This document shows positions 1-10,496 of a stretch of DNA of 64,000 bases, in pieces. Every line of letters begins with the position of its first letter. The first letter of the stretch is position 1. This DNA comes from Candidatus Cloacimonadales bacterium. GTDB taxonomy: Bacteria; Cloacimonadota; Cloacimonadia; Cloacimonadales; JAFGVF01. The translations under genes and the position numbers were made by a program. The notes beneath the pieces were generated by a model, which was not told the origin of the DNA, did not search any database, and saw nothing but the letters and a program-made list of their open reading frames with translations. Where the stretch lies: contig CAXXJV010000001.1 of the NCBI GenBank assembly GCA_963663475.2, positions 768,001-832,000 on the forward strand, given 5' to 3'.

Positions 1-123
1 CCCAAAACTATTCAGACTAGGGATGAGAGGGCTAACTTAGTTTATGCAATTAAAATTATTTTTGACTATAATAAATCAATAAAAATAGGTATGCCTGCAG
101 AAGTAGTTTTTAAGGATAGATAA
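1..123 (+). CDS. C-terminal end of HlyD/YbhG-type membrane fusion protein (partial, 5' truncated by window)
   Basis: Frame 1 reads PKTIQTRDERANLVYAIKI...KIGMPAEVVFKDR*, a typical YbhG-like C-terminus. Its stop overlaps the ATG of the ABC ATPase. Confidence 0.85.
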   Translation, partial: PKTIQTRDERANLVYAIKIIFDYNKSIKIGMPAEVVFKDR

Positions 124-1058
124 TGTCAGATAAGGTCCAAATAGATAATCTCCTTTATACATATGGAAGTTTAATTGCTGTTGATATTGGAACTTTACAG
201 ATAGAAAAGGGAGATCTTTATGGAATAATAGGGGCAGATGGAGCAGGTAAAACCAGCTTGTTTCGCTTATTAGCAAGTCTATATAAACCTAAACAAGGTA
301 AAATAAATGTTTTTGGTTATGATACAATAAAAGATTATAGCAAGATTCGAGCAATTACTGGTTATATGCCAAGTAAATTTTCCTTATATGAAGATTTAAC
401 AATAAAAGAGAATATCAAGTTTTTTGCTTCAATATTTGAAACAAGCTTTACTGAGAATTATTCCTTAATTGAAGATATTTATCAAATGCTTAGGCCTTTT
501 GAAAACAGACAGGCTGGCAAGTTATCGGGAGGAATGAAGCAGAAGTTAGCTTTGTGCTCAGCCCTTATCCATAAACCAAAATTGCTTCTTTTAGATGAAC
601 CTACTACAGGGGTTGATCCTGCATCAAGGAAGGAATTCTGGGATATTCTGATAAAATTACAGGCAAACGGCATTACAATAATAGTCTCAACTCCCTATCT
701 TGATGAAGCTCAGATGTGCAATAAAATAGCCCTTATGCATAGGTCAAAAATAATTGTAAAGGGAGCTACTAATGATTTAATAGCAAAGTTTCCTAGAAGC
801 ATTTTTCATATTAAGTCCATAAATATGCGACAATTACTCCAGTACTTACGCCGATATCCATTTTGTAATTATGCTTACAGCTTTGGAGATACTATTCACT
901 ATCAAGACATTAGAGATGAGAATGAAGATGAAATTAAGATAGAGATTATGAATTATTTGAGAAATTTAGGTCAGGTTGATATAAGTGTTAAAAAGCAAGC
1001 TCCAACTATAGAAGATGTGTTTATAGATAATCTACAAGGACAGACTTATGATAATTAA
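123..1058 (+). CDS. ABC transporter ATP-binding protein (YbhF N-half-like)
   Basis: Walker A GADGAGKT, signature LSGGMKQ, Walker B LLLLDEPT. Confidence 0.95.
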   Translation: MSDKVQIDNLLYTYGSLIAVDIGTLQIEKGDLYGIIGADGAGKTSLFRLLASLYKPKQGKINVFGYDTIKDYSKIRAITGYMPSKFSLYEDLTIKENIKFFASIFETSFTENYSLIEDIYQMLRPFENRQAGKLSGGMKQKLALCSALIHKPKLLLLDEPTTGVDPASRKEFWDILIKLQANGITIIVSTPYLDEAQMCNKIALMHRSKIIVKGATNDLIAKFPRSIFHIKSINMRQLLQYLRRYPFCNYAYSFGDTIHYQDIRDENEDEIKIEIMNYLRNLGQVDISVKKQAPTIEDVFIDNLQGQTYDN

Positions 1059-1761
1059 AGTGGATAAGTTAGTAAAGAAGTTTGGCAATTTTACCGCAGT
1101 TGATGGAATTAGTTTTGAAGTAGATAAAGGGCAAATATTTGGTTTTCTAGGAGCGAATGGAGCAGGTAAGACAACAGCGATAAAAATGCTTTGTGGCTTG
1201 TCAAAACCAAGCTCTGGTTCTGCAATTATTGCAGGGTTTGATGTGGTAAAACAGACTGAAGAAGTAAAACTAAATATCGGTTATATGAGCCAAAAATTTT
1301 CCCTATATGAAGATTTAACAATTGGAGAGAATATAGATTTTTTCGGAGGTCTATATCGTCTAAGAGGAAGAGATTTACAAGATAGGAAGAAGAAGATATT
1401 GCAAGACTTAGACTTGGTAAGTCATAAGAGTAAACTAGTGAAATCTCTTCCTTTAGGTTGGAAGCAGAGGTTAGCATTTTCACTAGCAAGTATTCATAAT
1501 CCTAAAATTCTCTTTCTTGATGAACCTACTTCAGGAGTGGACCCTATTACTCGTAGGCTTTTTTGGGAAATAATTACCGCTACAGCTAATCAAGGAGTAA
1601 CGATTTTTATTACAACTCATTATTTAGATGAAGCAGAGTATTGCGATAGAATCTCCATAATGGTAAATGGTAAAATAGTAGCACTTGATTCACCTGCTAA
1701 TCTCAAGCAAGCATTAAATGTAAAGACGACTGGCGAGATTTTTGCCAAATTAACAAGGTGA
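1048..1761 (+). CDS. ABC transporter ATP-binding protein (YbhF C-half-like)
   Basis: GANGAGKT, LPLGWKQRL, LFLDEPTSGVDP. Confidence 0.95.
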   Translation: MIIKVDKLVKKFGNFTAVDGISFEVDKGQIFGFLGANGAGKTTAIKMLCGLSKPSSGSAIIAGFDVVKQTEEVKLNIGYMSQKFSLYEDLTIGENIDFFGGLYRLRGRDLQDRKKKILQDLDLVSHKSKLVKSLPLGWKQRLAFSLASIHNPKILFLDEPTSGVDPITRRLFWEIITATANQGVTIFITTHYLDEAEYCDRISIMVNGKIVALDSPANLKQALNVKTTGEIFAKLTR

Positions 1762-1768
1762 AAGAAGC

Positions 1769-2869
1769 ATGCATTTTATAAATTTCATCAAGAAAGAATT
1801 TTTACATATTTTCCGAGATTCTAAGAGTTTAGTTATTCTCTTTGCCTTGCCAGTTATTCAAATAATATTATTTGGTTTTGCTTTAAGTAACGAAATAAAG
1901 GATGTGAAATTTTCTGTGTTAGATAAGTCTAAATCATTTGTATCACAAAGACTTATCAATAAAATAAATGCAAGTGAATATTTTAGTTTGCACGCTTATC
2001 TGAAAAATCAAAGTATGGTTGAAGAAAGTCTTATAAGTAATAAAAGCAAGTTTGTAATTGTCATTGATAGTAATTTTGCTAACCTTCACCCTCAGACAAG
2101 ACCAGGGGAAATACAACTTCTCTTAGATGCTTCTGACCCTAACATGGCTAGGAATATCAAAGGTTATGTAAATAATATTCTAGCTGATTTCCTAAAGCAG
2201 GAATTCCCACAAGTCAAGTCTGAAGAATTACAAACTGTAAAAATGTTTTATAATCCACAAGTTAAAAGTTCTTTTTTCTTTATTCCTGGTCTGATGGCCT
2301 TTATTCTTACTCTTATCTCAGCCTTCATGACCTCAATATCTCTTACTCGAGAAAAAGAACTTGGTAATATGGAAATCTTACTTATCTCACCCTTAAAACC
2401 TTATCAGATAATTATTGGAAAGGTTATTCCTTATGGTTTTCTTTCTCTAGTTAATATCGCTAATATCCTACTTTTGGGAAAATTTGTATTTGAAATGCCA
2501 ATTAATGGCTCCTTAGGATTACTTATTCTAGAATCATGCCTTTTCTTGCTGAATAGTCTCTCCTTAGGAATTCTTATTTCTTCATTCACTAGCTCTAGAC
2601 AAGTAGCTATGATGATTGCTTTGGCTGGTTTATTACTTCCTACTATGCTCTTGTCTGGTTTTATTTTTCCTCTTAGTAATATGCCAAAAGCCTTACAATA
2701 CCTATCACAAATAATTCCTGCTACTCATTTTATTACAATACTCAAGGGAATTATGATTAAAGGAAATACTATTTCTTACTTAATAAAAGAAACTAGTATT
2801 TTGGTCTTACTGACCCTTATTTTTATAGTAATTTCTATCAAAAAGTTCAATGTGAGGCTAGATAAATGA
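1769..2869 (+). CDS. ABC-2 type exporter permease (YbhS-like)
   Basis: N-terminal TM helix, periplasmic loop, REKELGNME motif, multiple C-terminal TM helices. Confidence 0.9.
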   Translation: MHFINFIKKEFLHIFRDSKSLVILFALPVIQIILFGFALSNEIKDVKFSVLDKSKSFVSQRLINKINASEYFSLHAYLKNQSMVEESLISNKSKFVIVIDSNFANLHPQTRPGEIQLLLDASDPNMARNIKGYVNNILADFLKQEFPQVKSEELQTVKMFYNPQVKSSFFFIPGLMAFILTLISAFMTSISLTREKELGNMEILLISPLKPYQIIIGKVIPYGFLSLVNIANILLLGKFVFEMPINGSLGLLILESCLFLLNSLSLGILISSFTSSRQVAMMIALAGLLLPTMLLSGFIFPLSNMPKALQYLSQIIPATHFITILKGIMIKGNTISYLIKETSILVLLTLIFIVISIKKFNVRLDK

Positions 2870-3951
2870 CAAATCTCTTCATCTTTGTTAAAAAAGAACT
2901 TAAGCAAATATTTCGTAATAAGGGTATGCTACCTATTATCTTTATAATGCCTCTTATTCAACTTTTGATTCTAGCTAATGCTACTAACTACGAGATTAAG
3001 AATATTAATGTAGCAATACTTGACTATGGCAAGAATGATTTTGTAGTAGAACTTTCTTCTAAACTTAATCATAATGCTACTTTTACTGTTAAGACAATTG
3101 TTTACGAGTACCCATCAGCAATAAGTTTTTTAGATAAGGGGCAGGTAGATGCTATAATTTCTTTTGCTAATGATTTTTCTTTTACCTCTAACCCTGAAAA
3201 TGCTCAAATCCAAGTTATTGTTAATACCATTGATGGTGCCTCTTCGGCTATTATTCTTAGTTATCTGTCAGACTTCTTACAGGATTACTTAAAGCAAGAT
3301 GAAAATCCTCCTTTGCTAGATGTCCATTTTACTAATAAATTTAATGCAAAGTTAGACTATAAGACTGTTATGGTACCAGGAATTCTCGTTGTTCTTGTCA
3401 CAGTTATAAGCGTATTCTTAACAGCCATGAATGTCGTTAGGGAGAAAGAAATTGGTACTATTGATCAACTAAATGTATCTCCTATTACCAAGCTTGAATT
3501 CATCGGAGGGAAGCTAATTCCTATGGCCATTATAGGATTAGGAGAACTAATTGTTGGTATTATTTTAGCAAGACTAATTTATGGCCTTCCTTTTGTGGGA
3601 AATCCTCTTACTATTCTAGTTTTTGCTCTTGCATACTTGTGGCTAATGCTGTCTTTAGGCCTTCTCATTTCAACGAAATCTGATAGCCAACAGCAGGCAA
3701 TACTAATTGCTTATGTCTTTTTAGTGATCTTTATTATGTTCTCTGGCCTTTTCACTTCTACAGAAAGCATGCCTAGATGGGCAAATTATATTTCACAGTC
3801 AATACCTGTTACCCATTTTATTAAGGTTATGAGATCTGTAATGCTTAAAGCTACTCCTCTTGACTACCTGTTAAAAGAACTTGCTATCCTCTTATCTATG
3901 GCAGGAATATTATTTACTTTAGCTCTTTGGGCATATAAGAAAGAAGATTAG
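2866..3951 (+). CDS. ABC-2 type exporter permease (YbhR-like)
   Basis: VREKEIGTIDQL motif; same topology as the upstream permease. Confidence 0.9.
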   Translation: MTNLFIFVKKELKQIFRNKGMLPIIFIMPLIQLLILANATNYEIKNINVAILDYGKNDFVVELSSKLNHNATFTVKTIVYEYPSAISFLDKGQVDAIISFANDFSFTSNPENAQIQVIVNTIDGASSAIILSYLSDFLQDYLKQDENPPLLDVHFTNKFNAKLDYKTVMVPGILVVLVTVISVFLTAMNVVREKEIGTIDQLNVSPITKLEFIGGKLIPMAIIGLGELIVGIILARLIYGLPFVGNPLTILVFALAYLWLMLSLGLLISTKSDSQQQAILIAYVFLVIFIMFSGLFTSTESMPRWANYISQSIPVTHFIKVMRSVMLKATPLDYLLKELAILLSMAGILFTLALWAYKKED

Positions 3952-4069
3952 AGAGCCTTTTGTTTGGTGGAACAAATAGTAAATCTCCAAATGGCTAAAT
4001 TATTTTATCCCTTTCAGGGATTTTTGATGAATCAATATACTAATGAAATATTCTCATTTTCCTATATTA

Positions 4070-4136
4070 TCCCAAATAATGCAATAGTTCTTTGAGAATA
4101 GCACTCTTCTCTAAAGCTCTATTGCACCATTTGGGA
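4070..4136. mobile_element. Short MITE copy (WCCC...GGGW ends, TTA target duplication)
   Basis: tta|TCCCAAATAATGCAATAG...ATTGCACCATTTGGGA|tta; the homologous block at 39431-39532 lacks it (empty site). Confidence 0.8.
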
Positions 4137-4189
4137 TTATTCCCACCAGACTTGAACTTGAACCTATATACTATCTGGGTTTAAGCCAT

Positions 4190-4218
4190 AAAAAAAGGGT
4201 GAATATTATTTCACCCTT
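4190..4218 (-). terminator. Intrinsic terminator downstream of ptb
   Basis: AAGGGTGAA-N6-TTCACCCTT stem with an A-run on + (U-tract on -). Confidence 0.75.
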
Positions 4219-4249
4219 ATAAAATTATTATTATTTTATCTATTTGGGA

Positions 4250-5152
4250 TTAATTATTAGATACCAATAAGCCCATAGCCATACAAAGCATTTTAGTTTC
4301 ACCTGAATCAGCTCTTGAAGGAATTAGAATAGGCACTTTAGTACCCATTACAGCATGAGCTACTCTATAATTACAGTAATAAGTTAGCATTTTACCATAA
4401 ATATTTCCCGCTTCAATATTAGGAACTATCATAACATCAGCTTTACCACCAACTGGTGACTCTATACCTTTAATTTTACAGGCTTCTTCATCAATAGCAT
4501 TATCAAAAGCCAATGGACCATCAACAGTACAGCCTTTTATTTGACCTCTTTTATTCATAGCAGAGATAAGAGCTGCATCTATAGTTGCTGGCATTTTTGG
4601 ATTTACTTTTTCTACTGCACAGATTAAAGCTACTTTAGGATCCTCAATACCGAAAGCACGAGCTACTTGAGCTCCACTATTTACAATTGCTACTTTTTCA
4701 GCTAAATCTGGCAACAAGTTGATGCCTCCATCTCCCATGAATAGTATCTTTTCTGGATGTTCGTAAGCTAGAATATCACAGATAACTTTACTTGTTCTGA
4801 TGCCATTTTCCTTATCAAGAACAGCTTTTAGTAAGAGGGCTGTATCTGCTTTTCCTTTAAGGATAACATGTCCTTTATTTTCTTTAGCTAATCTTACACT
4901 CTCTTTACAAGCTGCTACTAAATCACTGCCAGTATCGACAATCTCAAAAGTATCAGCTATTTCAGGAGCCATAGACTGTAATAGATGTTTAATTTTCTCA
5001 GCATCTCCAACCAGAATACTGTCGCAAAGACCTTCAGTTTTTGCTAGAATAGCTGCTTCAATAGGAAGTTCTCCTTGAGCACCTGCAATGATGGCTCTTT
5101 TACCTTCTATAGCCTTAGCCGCTTCTAACATTTCTGTAAAGTTCTTAATCAT
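4250..5152 (-). CDS. ptb: Phosphate butyryltransferase / phosphate acyltransferase
   Basis: VDGPLAFDNA, PNIEAGN and PSRADS motifs of the PTA/PTB family; 300 aa. Confidence 0.85.
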   Translation of the reverse strand: MIKNFTEMLEAAKAIEGKRAIIAGAQGELPIEAAILAKTEGLCDSILVGDAEKIKHLLQSMAPEIADTFEIVDTGSDLVAACKESVRLAKENKGHVILKGKADTALLLKAVLDKENGIRTSKVICDILAYEHPEKILFMGDGGINLLPDLAEKVAIVNSGAQVARAFGIEDPKVALICAVEKVNPKMPATIDAALISAMNKRGQIKGCTVDGPLAFDNAIDEEACKIKGIESPVGGKADVMIVPNIEAGNIYGKMLTYYCNYRVAHAVMGTKVPILIPSRADSGETKMLCMAMGLLVSNN

Positions 5153-5164
5153 TTCTCCTCCATT

Positions 5165-6025
5165 TTATATATCTTGATTTTTAAAATATTCTTCAAACTT
5201 TTCTTTGTGGTGGGATATTTTTTCTCTAATCTTCTCTAAGGCTATGATTTGTAACTGCCTCACTCTTTCTCTTGATAGACCCATTTTTTCCGCTATTTGG
5301 GCAAAATTTTCAGATTTATTATTCTTGAGTCCAAAATAAGAGTTAATAATAAATTTTTCTCTTGGACTCAATGATTCAATTGCATTATCAATTTCACTAG
5401 AGATTTTTTCTTTATAATAAATAGATTGGGGATCTTGAGATTCTGTATTGCTAATAAAATCCCCTAAAGAAAGATTATCATCTGATCCTATCTTAGAATC
5501 CATTGAAAGAGTATCTACAATTTGATGCTTTAATTTCTTAATGATTTTCTCATTTATATCAGTATTATTACTGAGTTCATGGTCTGAAGCATGCCTACCT
5601 GTTTTGGTATAAATAGAAGACTCTGTAGATTTAAGTTTATAGGCAGTGTTTATCTTGCCCAAAGGAACCTTAATCATAGAACTTCTTTCTGCTACAGCCT
5701 GCATTATCTTCTGTTTAATCCACCAAATAGCATAAGAAATAAGTTTGATATTCTTATCAGGATCAAATTTTTGAATTGCTCTTATTAGCCCTAAGTTACC
5801 TTCACTAATAAGTTCAGATAAGGTTAAACCTCTATTCTGATATTTGGCAGCAATTTTTACCACGAATTTTAAGTTTGCTTGAAGAAGTTTATTCATGGCA
5901 TCTTGGTCTCCCTTGGCGGCCTTTACTGCAAGTTCATTTTCTTCTTCTCTGGTATAGGTACCAAATTTCGATATCTGGTTTAAATAGCTCTGAAGAGCCT
6001 TATCTGTAAAAACATTTTCACTCAT
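5165..6025 (-). CDS. RNA polymerase sigma-70 factor, RpoD/RpoS-like lacking region 1.1
   Basis: Region 2 NLKFVVKIA...ELISEGNLGLIRAIQKFD...YAIWWIKQ; region 4 LSRERVRQL. Confidence 0.9.
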   Translation of the reverse strand: MSENVFTDKALQSYLNQISKFGTYTREEENELAVKAAKGDQDAMNKLLQANLKFVVKIAAKYQNRGLTLSELISEGNLGLIRAIQKFDPDKNIKLISYAIWWIKQKIMQAVAERSSMIKVPLGKINTAYKLKSTESSIYTKTGRHASDHELSNNTDINEKIIKKLKHQIVDTLSMDSKIGSDDNLSLGDFISNTESQDPQSIYYKEKISSEIDNAIESLSPREKFIINSYFGLKNNKSENFAQIAEKMGLSRERVRQLQIIALEKIREKISHHKEKFEEYFKNQDI

Positions 6026-6050
6026 ACATTTCTCCTAATATCTGGCTAAG

Positions 6051-7031
6051 TTAAATCTTCTCAAGGGAATTAATTTCCCTGATGATTTCTGCCGGGTCAA
6101 TAGGTTTATTGGCTACTCTAATCTCAAAATGAAGATGAGGACCAGTCGATCTTCCAGTTGAGCCTAACCGGGCAATTACATCACCCTTATTTACTGTATC
6201 ACTTTTTTTTACTAAATTAATTTCGTTATGGGCATAGACTGTTACCACATCATTACCATGTTCAATTAGGATGATATTCCCATAATCTTTCATAAAGCCA
6301 GTATAAGATACTCTTCCAGAAAAAGCAGCTTTAATCTGACTTCCCGGAGGAGCTGAAATATCTACCCCTTTATGAAGTCTGCCACCCCGCATCCCAAATG
6401 GAGAAGACAGTCTGCCTGAAACTGGTAAGATAAAGGCTGACTTCCATTCCTGAGGGAAGGTCTTAGCATCACCTGCATTGGGTGATGAATACTTGCTCGG
6501 AGATTCAGTCTTAGTATCTTTTTTAGCTAATTTATTACTTTCTTTAGCTTTGGCTAAATCACTCTTCTGTTCTTTTTTTGTTTCATATTTCTTGATATAG
6601 AGCTTTTGGTCTATACTGATAAGGTCACTTGTTAGGTTATTTAATTCTTTTATCTGAGAAATAGTAAGACCAAAATTCCTACTTATTCTGTAAAGGTTAT
6701 CACCAGCTTGCACCCTATAAATTAAACCATCATGAACTTTACTTGTTTTGTAGTTTTTCTCTACTGACTCATTATCAACAATTATAGTTTCTTTCTTTGA
6801 TAAGTCATGATTTGGTAAAGGGATAAAAAGCTTTTCTCCAATTATTAAATCATTATAATATTTGTCATTATAATACTTTATATCAGATATAGAAACCTTA
6901 TATTCTTGACTAATTTTAGTTAAGCTATCTCCTTTTTTTACAATATAAATAAAACCTGAACTTTTCCCCTTGTTCAATGAACATGCAAAGATACTTAGAA
7001 ATATTAAGATAACTAATAACCTTTCTTTCAT
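6051..7031 (-). CDS. LysM-containing M23 peptidase lipoprotein (NlpD-like)
   Basis: Lipobox IFAC, two LysM repeats (YIVKKGDSL, YRVQAGDNL), M23 motifs HKGVD and PHLHFE. Confidence 0.9.
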   Translation of the reverse strand: MKERLLVILIFLSIFACSLNKGKSSGFIYIVKKGDSLTKISQEYKVSISDIKYYNDKYYNDLIIGEKLFIPLPNHDLSKKETIIVDNESVEKNYKTSKVHDGLIYRVQAGDNLYRISRNFGLTISQIKELNNLTSDLISIDQKLYIKKYETKKEQKSDLAKAKESNKLAKKDTKTESPSKYSSPNAGDAKTFPQEWKSAFILPVSGRLSSPFGMRGGRLHKGVDISAPPGSQIKAAFSGRVSYTGFMKDYGNIILIEHGNDVVTVYAHNEINLVKKSDTVNKGDVIARLGSTGRSTGPHLHFEIRVANKPIDPAEIIREINSLEKI

Positions 7032-7297
7032 CTTATGGTAAATCCATCTAAACTATCTTCTAAAGGGATTTCAAAAGATGTTACCTGCTTAACTCTTGAA
7101 AAGAGATTACCTTTTCTTACTTCATGTATAAAAGCCTCAATTGCAGTAGAATCTCCTGTCGCTAAAATATAAACATCACCTGAGTATCTGTTTTTAACAT
7201 ACCCTGAAATATTAAATTGGTGAGCAAGGTTGAAGACAAATCGTCTAAAACCAACACCTTGAACTTTTCCAGTAACTACAATTTCGCAACTTATCAT
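7028..7297 (-). CDS. acyP: Acylphosphatase
   Basis: VTGKVQGVGFR and GYVKN motifs. Confidence 0.92.
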   Translation of the reverse strand: MISCEIVVTGKVQGVGFRRFVFNLAHQFNISGYVKNRYSGDVYILATGDSTAIEAFIHEVRKGNLFSRVKQVTSFEIPLEDSLDGFTIR

Positions 7298-7394
7298 AAT
7301 ACAAGATTACGAAAACAAGGAAATAAGTGTCAAGATAAAAATTTATAATTTATAAAAACCTATGATAAAACTTTTAATAAGAGTAATATTTTAA

Positions 7395-7524
7395 ACCAAA
7401 TAATGCACTCTTCTCTAAAGGTCTACTGCTCCCTTCTGTTTAACCCAGATAGTGTAGTAGAGCTTTAGTGAAGAGTGCAGAAGAATATAGTGCTATTCAC
7501 AAAGGTCTACTGCACTATTTTGGT
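7395..7524. mobile_element. Two adjacent internally deleted MITE copies (7395-7439 degenerate; 7443-7524 reverse orientation)
   Basis: Same TIR sequences as the 43416 copy; the second copy is flanked by TTA on both sides. Confidence 0.7.
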
Positions 7525-7528
7525 TTAA

Positions 7529-8158
7529 TTACTCTAGATAATCATCTTCTTGCTTAAGCTTTGATTTTAGGTATTGGGAAAAATCTGAGTAATTAAAGCC
7601 CTTCCTCATCATATAAGAAGCACATTTATTGTAGATATCCTTAGCCCCCCTGTTTCTATAAATCTTGATTGCTTTGTCTAAATTATCTTGAATGATACTC
7701 CACTTAGCTTTGCTACTATACTGGTCTTCTAACTCTCTGTCTATCAATTCTTGCGTAAGGCCTTTATTGCGAAGCTTATATTTTATTTCACTCTTACTCT
7801 TACCTAAATCAATCAGTGATCTAACATATAACTCAGCTAATCTACTATCTGATATAAAATTCTTTTCTAAACAAAAGCTGATTACTAAATCAATTAATGA
7901 TTTATGAAGCTTTAATTTCTCCAGATACTTGCGGGATTCATATTCAGAGTGCTCTTGCTTAGCCAGGTAGGTGAAAAGCCTGTCTCTAGAATACTTATAT
8001 AACAGGTCTTTAATCTCCTTGAATTCTTCATTATCAATTTCTGTTTTTGTCCACAATGATTTGAGGAGCTTTTTAGGTAAAACTCCCCAAATTCTATCAT
8101 CAATATAAACTTCAAAAAGACTTTTCGAGTTAAATCTAGCTTTAAAACTAATCTTCAC
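7529..8158 (-). CDS. recX: Regulatory protein RecX (probable GTG start at 8158 overlapping the recA stop)
   Basis: [30 protein letters not shown]; directly downstream of recA. Confidence 0.85.
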   Translation of the reverse strand: MKISFKARFNSKSLFEVYIDDRIWGVLPKKLLKSLWTKTEIDNEEFKEIKDLLYKYSRDRLFTYLAKQEHSEYESRKYLEKLKLHKSLIDLVISFCLEKNFISDSRLAELYVRSLIDLGKSKSEIKYKLRNKGLTQELIDRELEDQYSSKAKWSIIQDNLDKAIKIYRNRGAKDIYNKCASYMMRKGFNYSDFSQYLKSKLKQEDDYLE

Positions 8159-9197
8159 TTTCAGAATCTGAGTCTTCACCTTGATCTTCAAAATGTTCAG
8201 GTGAGACAATTTCTAATAGTTTAGCCTTGATTTCTTCTTTTAATTCAAGGTTTTCATTTAAGAAGTCCTTTGTTTTCTCACTACCTTGTCCTAATCGAAT
8301 ATCACCATAAGAGAACCAGGAACCAGCTTTTTTAACAATATCATTATTTACCGCAAGATCTAAAAGAATGTCTTCAGTAGAAATACCAATACCAAATATG
8401 ATAGGGAATTCAACTTTCTTGAATGGAGGAGCAAATTTGTTTTTAACAATTTTTACCCTAGTTTTAGCTCCTGAAACTTCTCCTTCCCCTCCAGTAGCTT
8501 TGATTGAACCAACAGATCTTACTTCAAGTCTAAGCGAAGAATAGAACTTAAGGGCAACACCACCAGTGGTAGTCTCAGGATTAACATAAGGTGGAACTCC
8601 AATCTTCATTCTAGTTTGATTAATGAAGATTACAGCTGTGTTTGACTTAGATACAATAGATGTTAACTTTCTAAGTGCTTGTGACATTAATCTTGCTTGT
8701 AGGCCAACATGGGCATCACCCATGGAACCTTCAATTTCTTGTCGAGGTACTAGAGCAGCAACTGAATCAACAACTATTAAGTCAATTGCATTACTTCTAC
8801 ACAAGTGTTCAACTATCTCAAGTGCCTGTTCTCCTCCATCAGGTTGTGAGAGAAGAAGTCTATCAGTATTAACACCAAGTTTTTTGGCATAAACTGGATC
8901 AAGAGCATGCTCTGCATCAATGAAAGCTACCTCTCCATCTAATTTTTGAGCTTCAGCTACTATGTGTAGAGATATAGTTGTCTTACCTGATGCCTCTGCT
9001 CCATAGATTTCTGTAATTCTACCTCGAGGAATACCTCCTATTCCTAAGGCTACATCTAAGTTTAGTGCTCCAGTTGGAATCACATCTACAGCAAGTTTTG
9101 GCTTGTCTCCAAGACGCATAATTGCTCCAACACCATATTTCTTCTCAAGTTGTTGTAAGGCTGTTTTTAAGGCAGTATCTTTTGATTTATCGACCAT
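8148..9197 (-). CDS. recA: Recombinase A
   Basis: [36 protein letters not shown]. Confidence 0.99.
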   Translation of the reverse strand: MVDKSKDTALKTALQQLEKKYGVGAIMRLGDKPKLAVDVIPTGALNLDVALGIGGIPRGRITEIYGAEASGKTTISLHIVAEAQKLDGEVAFIDAEHALDPVYAKKLGVNTDRLLLSQPDGGEQALEIVEHLCRSNAIDLIVVDSVAALVPRQEIEGSMGDAHVGLQARLMSQALRKLTSIVSKSNTAVIFINQTRMKIGVPPYVNPETTTGGVALKFYSSLRLEVRSVGSIKATGGEGEVSGAKTRVKIVKNKFAPPFKKVEFPIIFGIGISTEDILLDLAVNNDIVKKAGSWFSYGDIRLGQGSEKTKDFLNENLELKEEIKAKLLEIVSPEHFEDQGEDSDSESED

Positions 9198-9210
9198 TTT
9201 AATTCCTTTA

Positions 9211-9762
9211 TTATGTTAAATTATAAGTTTGAATGACTCTATAATGAGGCCCTTTTTTTGTAAGATTGCTTTCGAAAAGAGAAATATCACTGACAGCAAT
9301 ATCTATTTTAACTATTTGTTTTTGTAATATGAAGTCTATTTGTGGCTTCATTAAATTATTTTTAATTCTTCCCAAGCTAATGTGTGGGATGAAATCACTA
9401 TTTTTAACTGAAAAACCATATTTCGTTAAGAATTTTCTAAGACTTCTTGTAGCCTTAGCTAAGTCTCTATTAGGACTTGCTAAGCGTAACCATATTAACT
9501 TTGGCTTATCGAGAGGGAAGATTTCTAGACTCTTAATTTGGAGAATCTGAGCCCTACAGGAGTCGATAGAAGTCAAAAAAGCATCTTCTAAATCAGACAT
9601 TTGACTAGGCTTGACCTCTCCAATAAACTGAAAAGTAATGTGGAGATTCTCCTTATCTACCCATTTTACCCCAAAAGGTATAAAACTTTGTAGCTGGAGA
9701 ATATGGTCATATAGCATTTCTTTCAGAGAATCAGCTAAGTCTATGGCGTAGAAAAGTCTCAT
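9211..9762 (-). CDS. thpR: RNA 2',3'-cyclic phosphodiesterase (2H family)
   Basis: Two HxT/S motifs (LHITF, PHISL), RLFYAI start, adjacent to recA. Confidence 0.9.
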   Translation of the reverse strand: MRLFYAIDLADSLKEMLYDHILQLQSFIPFGVKWVDKENLHITFQFIGEVKPSQMSDLEDAFLTSIDSCRAQILQIKSLEIFPLDKPKLIWLRLASPNRDLAKATRSLRKFLTKYGFSVKNSDFIPHISLGRIKNNLMKPQIDFILQKQIVKIDIAVSDISLFESNLTKKGPHYRVIQTYNLT

Positions 9763-9765
9763 TAA

Positions 9766-10248
9766 CTATCTTTTATATCCAATATCTTGTAAGAATTTCT
9801 TTCTTTGAGTAATATCAGTATCAAGCTCAATTCCTTTTGGGGAGAAACCATCAATCACACCAAGAATACCTCTACCTTGTTCAGTTTGAGCTATAATAAC
9901 TTCAACTGGATTAGCAGTAGCACAAAAAATATTTACAACTTCTCGGCAACTTTTAACCGCTGGTAAAACATTGATAGGGAAAGCATTTTCTAAAACAATT
10001 AAAAAACTATGCCCTGCTCCTATACTTTTAATATTGCGTACAGCTTCGTCAATCAGATGAACATCGTTACCGTCTTTACGGATTAGGCAAGGACCTGATG
10101 CTTCAGCAAAAGCTAGACCAAACTTTACATTAGGTACTGAGTTAACTATTGCTTCATAAAGGTCTTCAACTGTTTTGATAAAATGTGATTGACCTAGAAT
10201 AATATTTCTTCCTTCTTTGACATTCAGCTTATGTGTTAATAATTCCAT
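9766..10248 (-). CDS. Adenosine-specific kinase family protein (DUF355)
   Basis: [34 protein letters not shown]. Confidence 0.85.
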   Translation of the reverse strand: MELLTHKLNVKEGRNIILGQSHFIKTVEDLYEAIVNSVPNVKFGLAFAEASGPCLIRKDGNDVHLIDEAVRNIKSIGAGHSFLIVLENAFPINVLPAVKSCREVVNIFCATANPVEVIIAQTEQGRGILGVIDGFSPKGIELDTDITQRKKFLQDIGYKR

Positions 10249-10496
10249 AAATACACCTCACAAGAAAAATTAATTAATACTTAATTAGAATATTCATGTT
10301 TACTAAATTATGTCAATAAAAATCTTTATAATATTTTATATTTTAACCCTAAATGGCTTGATATAGAGAAAAATCTCTAGGTTAATATATATCAGAAATC
10401 TTCAACAAAAGTCATAACTAGAGTAAAAAATAAACCATTTCTTGTAATAAATACAAAAAATGGTTTATTTAAATATAAGTTTTTTTAAGTGTTACT

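Noticed and set aside
8159-8209. ORF-track start of recX at 8209 (likewise rmuC 42738, C25 43767, 34012 and 40915)
   Set aside because: Downstream starts have better RBS or avoid long overlaps, so the shorter starts were used.
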